Source: Nitrospinaceae bacterium
GTDB taxonomy: Bacteria; Nitrospinota; Nitrospinia; Nitrospinales; Nitrospinaceae
Assembly (NCBI GenBank): GCA_965237905.1
Contig: OZ250172.1
Coordinates: forward strand, 1,824,001 to 1,888,000
Length of the DNA: 64,000 nt
Reading direction: 5' to 3'
The notes below the pieces were generated by a model. That model saw only the letters and a program-made list of their open reading frames with translations, did not search any database and was not told the origin of the DNA. The position numbers and the translations under genes are program-made. Numbering within the stretch: the first letter of the stretch is position 1; every line of letters begins with the position of its first letter. Positions 40,391 through 49,104 of this stretch are shown here, one piece after another.

Positions 40391-41572
40391 CTAGGTTTTT
40401 TGCAGAAAGTCGGAGAGCTTGTCAAAGGTGGCGGCGAAGTATTCGTGGGAATAATTGACGCCATTGTGATGCAAGAGTTCCTCCAGCTCGTCCGGAATCT
40501 TTTTCTTGGGAGGGTATTGAAATTCATCCACCATGAGAGGAACAATATTCCTGTGAGTGGTGATGGCATGGGAGATTTCCCTCCGCAACCAGTCGTCATG
40601 GTCCGTGCACCGGTCCATAGAGCCGGGCGACAAGACCACCACGAAATTGGGAACCGATTCGATTTCCCGCAATAACCGCTCACCGAACTGCTTCGGCCCG
40701 AGATCGTCCACATCCAGAAATGACAGATGCCCCCTTTTTTTCAATTCCGATTGAACGATGCGGGCCATGATGGAACCGGTCTCCCTGCGATAACTGATGA
40801 AGGTCGTTTTTTTCTCCGGCAGTTTCATTCCCATTACGGTGGCGCCCTGGGTCGCCAGTTCCGGTTGCACCTTTTTAATTTTATCCACAATCCGGTGATC
40901 CCACAGAACGGCCAGAGACGCACTGAAGACGCCTAAAAATCCGCCCATGATCAGATCCGGCACCCAGTGGATGCCCAGGGTGAATGAAGAAAGAATCACC
41001 ATGATTCCCAGCAGGCAAATGGGATTTTTGAATTTAAACCGGTAACGGTAACAGACAAAAATCATCACCAGAGTAAACGCAACCGGCAGACTGGGGAATG
41101 AGTTGTCCAACGCTCGGAACGATCTGTAAAACTCAATCCAGCCGGTGGACCACATATCGGATAGCAATGTGGCATTGGCCGGCGGGAAAGCCCACCGTTC
41201 CGGAACCGGGAAAAAGATAAAGAAGCATAGGGAGATCAAATAACTGATTGCGAGTCCCAAGGTCATCACGCGGAATGGAGTGATTTCTCTGCGGAAAAGA
41301 AGACCGGCAATCACCATCAGCAACAGCACGGGAAACAAAATGTAATAGGAAATGGAATGGGCTATCGCGGCCCCTTTCCCGAGGCCCGCAAACTGGGAGA
41401 AATCCAGATTTCCCTCCAATTCCATAAACGCCTGGGCGATTTTATAACCCGTTTCATACTGTGCAGGGTTCTTCAGGTTCGTCTTCATCTGGGTCTGGAT
41501 AGAGTTCACGATGAACAGCGCGAGTAGAATGAAGATCAATCCCAGGCGATTATTTAAAATTCGATGATTCAT
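40391..41572 (-). CDS. Multipass PAP2-like membrane domain fused to a C-terminal TIR domain
   Basis: About 6 TM helices with NSFPSLP and LGIHWVPDL motifs; TIR motifs FISYRR, FLDVDD, VVLSPGS, WLRREI, IVPL, YSHEY. Confidence 0.88.
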   Translation of the reverse strand: MNHRILNNRLGLIFILLALFIVNSIQTQMKTNLKNPAQYETGYKIAQAFMELEGNLDFSQFAGLGKGAAIAHSISYYILFPVLLLMVIAGLLFRREITPFRVMTLGLAISYLISLCFFIFFPVPERWAFPPANATLLSDMWSTGWIEFYRSFRALDNSFPSLPVAFTLVMIFVCYRYRFKFKNPICLLGIMVILSSFTLGIHWVPDLIMGGFLGVFSASLAVLWDHRIVDKIKKVQPELATQGATVMGMKLPEKKTTFISYRRETGSIMARIVQSELKKRGHLSFLDVDDLGPKQFGERLLREIESVPNFVVVLSPGSMDRCTDHDDWLRREISHAITTHRNIVPLMVDEFQYPPKKKIPDELEELLHHNGVNYSHEYFAATFDKLSDFLQKT

Positions 41573-43263
41573 GATTTTTCTTTACGAGGCTTCGGCGGTT
41601 TGGGTTTAATGATCACCTCGACCAAAGTGAACAAGGCGGCCAAGCCGAACAGCCCAATCAAAATTTTGGTTGTTATTTTGTATGTGTCCCCGGCATTTGG
41701 GGTTCGCTCCAGAAACACCCGGTAGGCCACATTGCCCAGAGGCTCGAACCCGAACTTGCCGTCCTCCTTTTGCGGAAAACCCTTGCCCTTCAGTTGGAAG
41801 GAATGAAAATCCGATTGTGTGACTTCTACGTTAAAAGGCGTGTCTACGGTGTATTCGTTGGTATTGAAATCGCTCCACGTGATTTTTTGGACTTTCAGCT
41901 GTTGGCCCACAAGAATTTGAAAATCGACATCCCGCAGTACCCGCGCGGTTTCGTCATCAAACGGCCAGATATAACGGATGCGGTGCATTTTATGATCGAT
42001 CACCCAACTGATGCGCGACGCCAGGCTTTCCATATCCCCTATGCGGTAGCTTACGGAGAATTCCTGAGTCAGACCGGAATCCATGATCGTACTGGTCAGC
42101 AGGATCGAGTGGTCATGCCGGGTTTCCAGCGTCCAGAGAACGTCAAATGCGCTGTGGTAGTCTTCATCGAAGAGTTTCATTTCCGTTCCGGAAAAGCGCA
42201 CCGCCTGGCGGGCCGCCTCCAAATGTTTTTCATCGATTCCGGAGTTTTCCTTTTGAGATTTTCGAATATTGACCACCACGGGATGGGGCGTGGTTTTAGC
42301 CAGGTGACGCAGGGTGGCCAGTGACTTCCGCGCCTTCGGGCTGGCGTTGAAATCTTCCCACTTCAATATGTCTCCTTCACTGATGTCGGTCGCCTCCATC
42401 TTCCGGATGGTTTCGAGAATCTGGTCCTCGATCTGCTTGATGAGTTTATTAAACGGTTTGACCATCACCAGGAGGTCGTTGGGAGTCGAGTAAGGCAGTC
42501 GGATGAATTTGAGATCCGTATCGGTGTCGAACTTGTTTTTGACGCTTTCACGAACTGCCGCGAAATCTGCCTGCCTGCCCTTGATTATGGGAATCAAATC
42601 CGAAGAGGTAGTAATGCCATCCGGTGCCAGACTGTGAATCGTGATGAACTTCTGTTTGCCTTTAGGTTGCGTGAACAGAGAAAAGATGCCTTGCCTCTTG
42701 AAATATAAAGAAGGAAGAAAATGGCTCATGGTGCTGAACTTGCTGTGATAGACGAAACGCGCGGGTGTTTCCCTCTGTTTTAGAATGTTGATGAAATCCT
42801 TTATCTGGGCTTTCTGATTGCCCAGGTGGCGGGCAAAATCTTCCAGGGCCTCGGTTTTTTCATAGCCGAAATCTTTGTGGACAACGAAGTAACTGCCACT
42901 GGTAACTCTATGGTATTTTTTGTTTGAATACGTTCCCACAATCTCCATATTCGCCCCCAGCATTTCCGCGACGACAAAGGCGTAAGGGGCGACCCGGGCC
43001 AACAGCGGACCTTGTTTTTCCGGATCCCAGTCCACCAGGGTTTTGATTGCCAATTCATATTCCATTTCCTGTTTTTCAAAGGTCACGGGGACTTTGTGAC
43101 GCAAATAATCCAGAAGTTTCTGGTCGGCCAGCTTGGTATCGGCATCCGGTGCCACCGACAGAAATTGAATGGGGGTTCTTTGTTGGGAAACCGCGGTTCC
43201 TGGAAATACCACACTCCAGAGCAAGGCCAGTGCCCATAAATAGATCAAATGCCGTCGTGCCAT
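41569..43263 (-). CDS. Exported PhnD-like (phosphate/phosphonate-type) substrate-binding domain protein with C-terminal TM anchor
   Basis: Signal peptide; APYAFV, SYFVVHKD, SKFSTMSHFLP, GRQADFAAV, TPNDLLV; C-terminal ILIGLFGLAALFTLV plus basic tail. Confidence 0.65.
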   Translation of the reverse strand: MARRHLIYLWALALLWSVVFPGTAVSQQRTPIQFLSVAPDADTKLADQKLLDYLRHKVPVTFEKQEMEYELAIKTLVDWDPEKQGPLLARVAPYAFVVAEMLGANMEIVGTYSNKKYHRVTSGSYFVVHKDFGYEKTEALEDFARHLGNQKAQIKDFINILKQRETPARFVYHSKFSTMSHFLPSLYFKRQGIFSLFTQPKGKQKFITIHSLAPDGITTSSDLIPIIKGRQADFAAVRESVKNKFDTDTDLKFIRLPYSTPNDLLVMVKPFNKLIKQIEDQILETIRKMEATDISEGDILKWEDFNASPKARKSLATLRHLAKTTPHPVVVNIRKSQKENSGIDEKHLEAARQAVRFSGTEMKLFDEDYHSAFDVLWTLETRHDHSILLTSTIMDSGLTQEFSVSYRIGDMESLASRISWVIDHKMHRIRYIWPFDDETARVLRDVDFQILVGQQLKVQKITWSDFNTNEYTVDTPFNVEVTQSDFHSFQLKGKGFPQKEDGKFGFEPLGNVAYRVFLERTPNAGDTYKITTKILIGLFGLAALFTLVEVIIKPKPPKPRKEKS

Positions 43264-43264
43264 T

Positions 43265-45058
43265 TCAATTTTCTCCCAGGTGGTACATGCGGATTCTTCC
43301 AAAATTCTTGGGCAGGGGATGATTGCCTACATATTCACACCGATAAACCCCTGGCGCCTCAATTGAAATAAGCGCCGCAAAGGGTTCAGTCACATAGACC
43401 GATCCCACCGGAGTGCAGGGCTCCAGCCGGGCGGTTTTGTTGACATGCGTCCCGAAATATTCTTTTTTACGGGTGAGTGGATTGTACCCCTCAAAAATCG
43501 GCCCCACGTGTGTTGCCACCCGTAACCCCAGATCCTCAGGCAAATTCAGTTCGGCTAGCTCTTTGTCGGAGAAAATCCGGGTCAGCTCCAGCGAAACCCG
43601 GGCCGCGGAAGAAACGGAATCCATGACCAGATAAATCGCATCTCCCCACGTATTGGCAAACAGAATTTGCTTGGAATGGTTATTGAAAATCTGTTCCAAG
43701 TGGTGGAACCACCTGGAAATAAATTGCGGTAGTTGTTTTTCCTTGAGACTGCTGTAGCCTTTGACATCTGCAAAAATCATGGCCTTCATGTGTCGCTTCA
43801 GCTCTATTTTTTGGGATGAAGAAACCGGTAACGGGGCCACCCCTTTGGAGCGGGGCTCCGGCACCGGGATGACCAGGTTTTTTTGTCCCAAAGTTTCCCA
43901 ACGTTCCATGGCAGAGGCAGTGCCACCGGGGCTGGCGGAAGGTTGACCGTTCCACAACGCCACCTGGTAGGCCTGCGACCCCAGAGTTTGTGATCGCAGA
44001 TAAGCCAGTCCCATGATCTGCAGGGAACACGCCTCGTACAGCAGGTCGTAGCCGGTGTAGGCGTCCTCCACGATTTCATACACCGAGGCCGCGCGTTCCA
44101 ACGCCCGGTCAAATTTTTCCTCCCAGTCCGGACCCGCCGGGGAGACCGAGGTGCGTTTGAATTCCTCCCGGGAGAATGGCAAAATCACGTTCAATTCCCC
44201 GTCCGGTTGTTTCAATATTTCCTCAGCAATCATTAAATCTGCGCCACAGGCCAGCGCCCCGAACGCGATTTTGACTTTATGTTTTTCCAGAAGGTTACGA
44301 ATCTGTTCGCGGAGCATCTCTTCGTCCGCAGGATCGATGCCGGGCGATTTCCCCATACCATGAATGGTTTGGCCCATGAAAGCGATCACCGTGGGAGGCT
44401 GGATGGCTTCGATGCAATCGGTTGAGATCTCCCGTTGTTCGCAGATCAGAGACAACTGTTTCCAGGTGGTGCTCAGTTTACCATAATCATGAGAATGACC
44501 CCGATAGGCATGAGATAGAATCGGGGCTATTTCGTTATCGTTTTCCAAAAGAAGATTCGCTTCGGCACGCGTTACGTCGAGATAATAATCTTCACCGCCA
44601 TAGGTGGAGGAACTTTGATTGCAAAGTTTCAAAACTTCCTTTGCCAAACGACGGCAGGAGCTTTTATCGCCAATGATCAACGACAAGGTCGCGGCATTGA
44701 TGGCGGGATAGTAATTATGGTTGATCCGATATGCTTTGAGATAAAGGTCCCGGGCTTTTTTCCCCAACGATGTTTTGTTTCCGGGATCCTTTGCTTTCAA
44801 AAATTGATCTTTGTACAATCGTGCTTCCAGCGAAAGATTATCCTCGGTTGGAGGCAGTATGTCTTTCACTTTCCGGTAGAAATGTTCCGCCTGGGTCGTC
44901 GCGCCGCTTCTGGCCAGACTGAGGACCGCCAAATGAGCCAACGTTGGGTCGGCATTCTCCTGGTCCTCGAGGGCTTTGCAGGCCACATCATAGACCCCGA
45001 CAAAATCTCCTTTTTTGAGTAGCTCGCGCGCCTGGCAAACCAGTGACTCCGACTGCAT
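43265..45058 (-). CDS. TPR-S-like + SLOG-like + class III nucleotide cyclase fusion
   Basis: SLEARLYKD, YPAINAATL, YY..TRAEA (TPR-S-like); GALACGADL, VILPF, ALWNG..GGTA (SLOG-like); FADVKGYS, WGDA, HVGP, VNKTARLE (cyclase); start at 45058 or 45106. Confidence 0.85.
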   Translation of the reverse strand: MQSESLVCQARELLKKGDFVGVYDVACKALEDQENADPTLAHLAVLSLARSGATTQAEHFYRKVKDILPPTEDNLSLEARLYKDQFLKAKDPGNKTSLGKKARDLYLKAYRINHNYYPAINAATLSLIIGDKSSCRRLAKEVLKLCNQSSSTYGGEDYYLDVTRAEANLLLENDNEIAPILSHAYRGHSHDYGKLSTTWKQLSLICEQREISTDCIEAIQPPTVIAFMGQTIHGMGKSPGIDPADEEMLREQIRNLLEKHKVKIAFGALACGADLMIAEEILKQPDGELNVILPFSREEFKRTSVSPAGPDWEEKFDRALERAASVYEIVEDAYTGYDLLYEACSLQIMGLAYLRSQTLGSQAYQVALWNGQPSASPGGTASAMERWETLGQKNLVIPVPEPRSKGVAPLPVSSSQKIELKRHMKAMIFADVKGYSSLKEKQLPQFISRWFHHLEQIFNNHSKQILFANTWGDAIYLVMDSVSSAARVSLELTRIFSDKELAELNLPEDLGLRVATHVGPIFEGYNPLTRKKEYFGTHVNKTARLEPCTPVGSVYVTEPFAALISIEAPGVYRCEYVGNHPLPKNFGRIRMYHLGEN

Positions 45059-45388
45059 GTCCTGAAATCCTTTTATAGTACTGAAATTACTTGGGTAAGG
45101 TGACATTCTATTCTAACTCAAAGGACGCCTTTTGATAAATGAAACCGGAAATTTTCCAGTCCATATTCCAAAATAAAAACCCCTGATTCTCTGTGGGTTG
45201 AGAGAATCCCATTGATTTGGGGTGAATTGTGGATAATCCGTTGCCGCATCCACTCTAAAAATGGGGGACTCGAAGGTTTTCCGAAACCCTCGAAAAAGGT
45301 CTGGAGTCGCGTCAGTGCGGGCCTTATACTCAAAGGCGAACAGGGAGATCCTTCGGTTATATGTGTTGTCCGATACGGCAGATTCAAT

Positions 45389-47452
45389 ATGACGACTCAT
45401 CATCAGGTATTGAAAATAATTGCTCTGGCCGTGATGTATTTTGTTACGGCCTGGAGTGTCAGTATTTTAGGCCTGCCAGACGACTTTAGTTTACCCATTT
45501 ATCCTGCGGCCGGGGTGGCGTTGGGAGCGTTGATCTGTTGCGGGGTTCGATTGTGGCCGGGGATTTTTTTAGGAGGCTTGGCGTTTAACTTCTGGTTCAT
45601 GAATGCCAGGGATCCTGCTTCGGATTTGCCGGTTGTTGCCATGCTGTTGACAAGTTCCGCAATGGCTTTGGCGGCCGTCGCCCAAGCGCTTGTGGGGGCC
45701 TTTCTGTTTAACCGATTTGTCAGTTCACCCAACCCGTTGAACCGGACGAAAGATGTCCTGATTTTCATATTCCTTGTGGCGGCGGTGGGATGTGCCATCA
45801 GTAGTTCTATATGTATATCGATTCTGGGTTGGGGCGGTCATCTGCCCTGGGAGAAATCTGTTCAGGAAGGGATCACCTGGTGGCTGGGGGATGTCATGGG
45901 GGTTCTCCTGATCACCCCCCTGTTTTTTGTATTTCGTCAGCCTTTAAGTTATAGGTGGACCCCTGCCCGCAGGATTGAGGCCGGCATATTATTATTGATA
46001 TTTTACATCACCAGCCAGGTGGTGTTTGGGGATTGGTTGCAATACAACCATTACCCCTTGGTCTACCTGCTGGCCCCGTGCCTCGTTTGGGCCGCGTACC
46101 GGTTCAGCCATCCCGGTACCGTAATTGTGATCCTGATGGTTTCCACGGCGGCGGTCTGGGGAACGATGGGGGGGAGAGGGCCGTTCACACTGGTTTCTTT
46201 GGAAGAATCGTTTGCCTTGTTGCAATCGTATCTGTTGGTCCTGACGATCATGACGCTGATTCTATCTGCGGCGGCAACTGAAGCGGAGACCGCTCACACA
46301 CAATCGGTCCGGTTGGGTCGCGTGCTGGACGAATCCTCCAATGAAATTTATTTGTTCGACGCGAAAACTCTCAAGTTCATTCTAGTCAACCGGGGAGCCC
46401 AGGAGAATCTGGGTTATACGTTGGAAGAGCTACAGTCCTTAACGCCCACGGATCTGGAACCGAATTTCACGCGAAAGGATATTGAAACGATTCTTAAACC
46501 GCTACGCTATGGAACAGATGATCTGGTGGTTATCCAGGCCCGGCACCAGCGTAAAGATGGAACTTTTTACCCGGTGGAGGTGAGACTTCAACTTTCACGA
46601 GCCGAGGTGTGGCCGGTGTTCGTGGCTATCGTTCAGGACATCACCGAAAAGAAAAAGACTGAAGAAGAGTTAGCCGTACACCGTCATCATCTTGAAGAGC
46701 TGGTCATGCAAAGAACGGCCGACCTGGAATCGACGCATTTGCAACTGCTACACGCCGAAAAATTGTCCGCCACCGGCAAGATGGCCGCTTCCATGGCTCA
46801 TGAATTCAACAATCCCATCTATGGCATTCGTAATATTCTTGAAAAAATATTGAGGCGGGTCCAAATGGAGGACAACAACAAACGCTTTGTCCAATTAGCT
46901 ATACAGGAGTGTGACCGGGTAACGATACTGATCCGGAAAATTCTCGATTTTCACAGTCCGTCAACGGATGAAACAGAATGGATTGATGTTCATGAATCCA
47001 TCGACGACATGATTCTTTTGATCCAGAAGACATTCAGTATGCGCGATATCCGTCTGATCAAAGAATATGCGGCAGACATGCCACACATTGAAGCTGTCCG
47101 GGATCAGTTCAAGCAGATTATTTTAAATATTTTACAAAACGCCGAAGAGGCGATCCCCGAGGGTGGGGGTCGGGTTACCCTGACCACCTCTGCCGCAAAC
47201 GGGAAGGCGCAGATTCAAATCAAGGATACCGGAACAGGGATTTCCACCCAAGTGATGAAGAATATTTTTGACCCGTTCTTTACCACCAAACCCAGTGTCA
47301 AGGGCACGGGACTGGGGCTTTCCGTGACCTATGGCATCATCAAAAAACACAACGGGGAAATTCTGGTAGACAGCCTGCCGGGACGTGGAACCACCTTTAC
47401 TGTTTTGCTTCCGGTCAAGCAGGAGAAACCCGCCGCCTTGTCCGGTGGCTAA
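45389..47452 (+). CDS. MASE1-PAS sensor histidine kinase (orphan)
   Basis: MASE1 (IYPAAGVA, WWLGDVMG), PAS (RKDGTFYPVEV), H-box AHEFNNP, DTGTG, FDPFFTTK, GTGLGL. Confidence 0.9.
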   Translation: MTTHHQVLKIIALAVMYFVTAWSVSILGLPDDFSLPIYPAAGVALGALICCGVRLWPGIFLGGLAFNFWFMNARDPASDLPVVAMLLTSSAMALAAVAQALVGAFLFNRFVSSPNPLNRTKDVLIFIFLVAAVGCAISSSICISILGWGGHLPWEKSVQEGITWWLGDVMGVLLITPLFFVFRQPLSYRWTPARRIEAGILLLIFYITSQVVFGDWLQYNHYPLVYLLAPCLVWAAYRFSHPGTVIVILMVSTAAVWGTMGGRGPFTLVSLEESFALLQSYLLVLTIMTLILSAAATEAETAHTQSVRLGRVLDESSNEIYLFDAKTLKFILVNRGAQENLGYTLEELQSLTPTDLEPNFTRKDIETILKPLRYGTDDLVVIQARHQRKDGTFYPVEVRLQLSRAEVWPVFVAIVQDITEKKKTEEELAVHRHHLEELVMQRTADLESTHLQLLHAEKLSATGKMAASMAHEFNNPIYGIRNILEKILRRVQMEDNNKRFVQLAIQECDRVTILIRKILDFHSPSTDETEWIDVHESIDDMILLIQKTFSMRDIRLIKEYAADMPHIEAVRDQFKQIILNILQNAEEAIPEGGGRVTLTTSAANGKAQIQIKDTGTGISTQVMKNIFDPFFTTKPSVKGTGLGLSVTYGIIKKHNGEILVDSLPGRGTTFTVLLPVKQEKPAALSGG

Positions 47453-47635
47453 AAACAAAGCTGGATTTCCTCTATATTTTCCCCTCCTATTTGCTGATCT
47501 CCCCTGTTAAATGCCTTATAATAGACGAGTTATAGTAATACTAATTTATCGAGCCGCAGTGCATCCAGCGGGAGCCCCTGTCTCTCGGGTTCCGTTGGAG
47601 AGATGCCGGCCCCGATCAGAGCGCCCCGGATTTTC

Positions 47636-48148
47636 ATGTCTGTTTTAACCATCAAGAATTGTCTCGATCCCGTTCTTCGTAAAAAGTGCGACTTGATCCA
47701 AAATATCAATCAGGGTCTCGTGACTTTGTCCGAAGACATGATCGAAACCATGTATGCCGCCACGGGAGCGGGTTTGGCCGCCAATCAGGTCGGTATTGCT
47801 TCGAGATTGATCGTCGTAGATTTGGGGTTTAAAGAAGAAAAGCATGAGCCTCTGATTATCGTCAACCCCGTCATCACCGCCTCAGAGGAAGAGCAAATGG
47901 GACAAGAGGGCTGCTTGAGCATTCCCGAGGTTTATGCGGATGTCAAACGATTCCAACAGGTGGAGGTCAAGGGTGTGGACCTGGACGGCAAGGACGTTCG
48001 TCTGGAGGCGAAAGGTTTTCTGGCACGCGCGTTCCAACATGAAATGGACCACCTCGAGGGAAAGTTGTTCTGGGATATGCTAGGCAAGGTCAAGCGGGAC
48101 ATGTTGAAGCGGAAGTTTAAAAAAATACTGAAAGAGATGCAGGAATGA
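47636..48148 (+). CDS. def: Peptide deformylase
   Basis: GAGLAANQVG, EGCLS, QHEMDH. Confidence 0.95.
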   Translation: MSVLTIKNCLDPVLRKKCDLIQNINQGLVTLSEDMIETMYAATGAGLAANQVGIASRLIVVDLGFKEEKHEPLIIVNPVITASEEEQMGQEGCLSIPEVYADVKRFQQVEVKGVDLDGKDVRLEAKGFLARAFQHEMDHLEGKLFWDMLGKVKRDMLKRKFKKILKEMQE

Positions 48149-49092
48149 ATCTCGTTTTCATGGGTACACCGGATTTTGCCGTGCCGACTCTGAAGACGCT
48201 CCACACTTCCCGGCATTCCGTTCTAGCGGTGGTGACTCAACCGGACCGGCCCAAAGGTCGTGGACAGGCAATGCAGGCTTCCCCGGTTAAGCAGTATGCT
48301 TTGGAGAAGGGTCTTAAGGTGTATCAGCCCGAGAAGGCCAGCGCACCCGAATTTGTTGCGGAACTTGTAGCATTGAAACCCGACCTGATTGTGGTGATTG
48401 CCTACGGTCAAATCCTGCGGGAAAATCTTTTATCACTGCCGCAGTATTTTTGCATGAACGTTCATGCGTCCCTGCTACCCCAATACCGGGGAGCGGCACC
48501 GATCAACTGGGCCATCATCAACGGTGATAAGGAAACCGGCGTCACCACCATGAAAATGGACAAAGGACTGGATACCGGCGATATCCTGCTCATGCAAAAG
48601 GTCGCGATTGAAAATGACGATACCGCTCAACACCTGCACGATAAATTATCAGAAGCGGGAGGGGCGTTGGCTTTGGAAACGATCGACCAATTGGAAAAGA
48701 ACCAGTTGAAGTTCATTCCCCAAAATGATGCCGAGTCTACCTATGCTTCAAAACTGAAAAAAGAAGACGGTTGTGTGCATTGGGATCAGGAGGCCGAAGC
48801 GATCCGCAACCGGGTCCGCGGCATGGAACCCTGGCCGGGAGCATTTGGATTTTTAAAAGGAAAGCGTCTGCGTTTCTGCACAGTGGAAACCGCTCCGGGA
48901 ACGAAGGACGATGCGCCGGGAGTGGTGATGCGTGTGTCGGATTATGGAATTGAAATCGGAACCCTGAAAGACAGGATCATCGTGACCGAAATTCAACCGG
49001 AAGGTAAAAAGAGGATGACCGTCAAAAGTTATTTGCAGGGGCATGCGGTGGAACCCGGTGAACGATTTGACGTTTCCGGGGCTTCCGTTTAA
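48145..49092 (+). CDS. fmt: Methionyl-tRNA formyltransferase
   Basis: FMGTPDFA, NVHASLLPQYRGAAPI, LDTGD. Confidence 0.97.
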   Translation: MNLVFMGTPDFAVPTLKTLHTSRHSVLAVVTQPDRPKGRGQAMQASPVKQYALEKGLKVYQPEKASAPEFVAELVALKPDLIVVIAYGQILRENLLSLPQYFCMNVHASLLPQYRGAAPINWAIINGDKETGVTTMKMDKGLDTGDILLMQKVAIENDDTAQHLHDKLSEAGGALALETIDQLEKNQLKFIPQNDAESTYASKLKKEDGCVHWDQEAEAIRNRVRGMEPWPGAFGFLKGKRLRFCTVETAPGTKDDAPGVVMRVSDYGIEIGTLKDRIIVTEIQPEGKKRMTVKSYLQGHAVEPGERFDVSGASV

Positions 49093-49104
49093 AGGAAAAA
49101 TACT

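Noticed and set aside
40391..45058. Calling the operon canonical Pycsar, Thoeris or CBASS
   Set aside because: No cNMP-binding domain on the TIR protein, no SIR2/Macro ThsA and no CD-NTase; only partial analogies hold
47554..47606. Structured RNA upstream of def
   Set aside because: A single GC-rich hairpin with no recognisable family features; not enough to call an ncRNA
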